The notes under the pieces: generated by a model
What the model was told of the DNA's origin: nothing
Databases searched by the model: none
What the model saw: the letters and a program-made list of their open reading frames with translations, nothing else
Shown: positions 63,801 through 64,000 of the stretch, in pieces
Layout: each line of letters starts with the position of its first letter
Position numbering within the stretch: position 1 is the stretch's first letter
Program-made: the position numbers and the translations under genes
From: Mobula hypostoma
Taxonomy: Eukaryota
Direction of reading: 5' to 3'
DNA length: 64,000 nt
Assembly: GCF_963921235.1 (NCBI RefSeq)
Contig: NC_086108.1
Span: 54,438,001 to 54,502,000, forward strand

Positions 63801-64000
63801 TTTATTTAAGTAACACCTTTAGTCCTGTATTCATTCCTTTTTGATTTTGCCCCCATGTTACACCACCTCATCCCACCTGCTGTAGTTTTGCCCATTCATC
63901 TGCCTATCCATCCTCACAGTCTCACTACATACTGCGTCGACTTATCTACCAACTGCCCCATCCTCAGCCCTATCACTCTGGATCCCGTCCCCCTGCTAAC
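60875..64000 (-). mobile_element. Long decayed CR1 LINE running off the window end
   Basis: GPDGLHPRVLK; YSPVSLISVVGKMLESI; QHGFLNGKSCLTNLLEFFE; LGLYSLELRRMR. Confidence 0.92.
63377..63530 (+). mobile_element. Short Penelope-like fold-back insertion inside CR1
   Basis: gaggaactcagcaggtcag...ctgacctgctgagttcctc arms; half hammerhead (ggtcttagcctgaaatgtcgac). Confidence 0.75.

Noticed and set aside
54400..64000. JAK1 promoter / first exon
   Set aside because: No CpG island or convincing promoter; region is AT-rich and repeat-derived.

Overview
Eukaryotic, repeat-rich vertebrate DNA, most likely a cartilaginous fish (shark or ray). That taxon call is inferred from the repeat complement: V-domain SINE, Penelope-like elements, CR1/Rex1/RTE LINEs. 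The only host gene I can support is JAK1 on the minus strand: five N-terminal (FERM-domain) coding exons at 34487-34296, 32016-31893, 14899-14743, 11671-11508 and 7399-7045, with canonical GT/AG sites and compatible phases (1,2,0,2,0). The remaining exons appear to lie left of the window, and the promoter probably lies right of it. Most other sequence is transposon-derived, including a nested stack at about 43-48 kb (hAT host containing a Gypsy/PNMA-type gag fragment, a solo LTR and a Tigger). The most interesting object is a young Penelope-like insertion at 24454-24856 flanked by a 15-bp TSD. Its two inverted arms each carry a minimal hammerhead ribozyme motif. Between the arms is an inverted 165-bp copy of nearby JAK1 intron sequence (23713-23877) containing IRF/ISRE and NF-kB-like motifs. 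Repeat boundaries without a TSD/TIR are approximate, and family names come from motif recognition rather than database searches.
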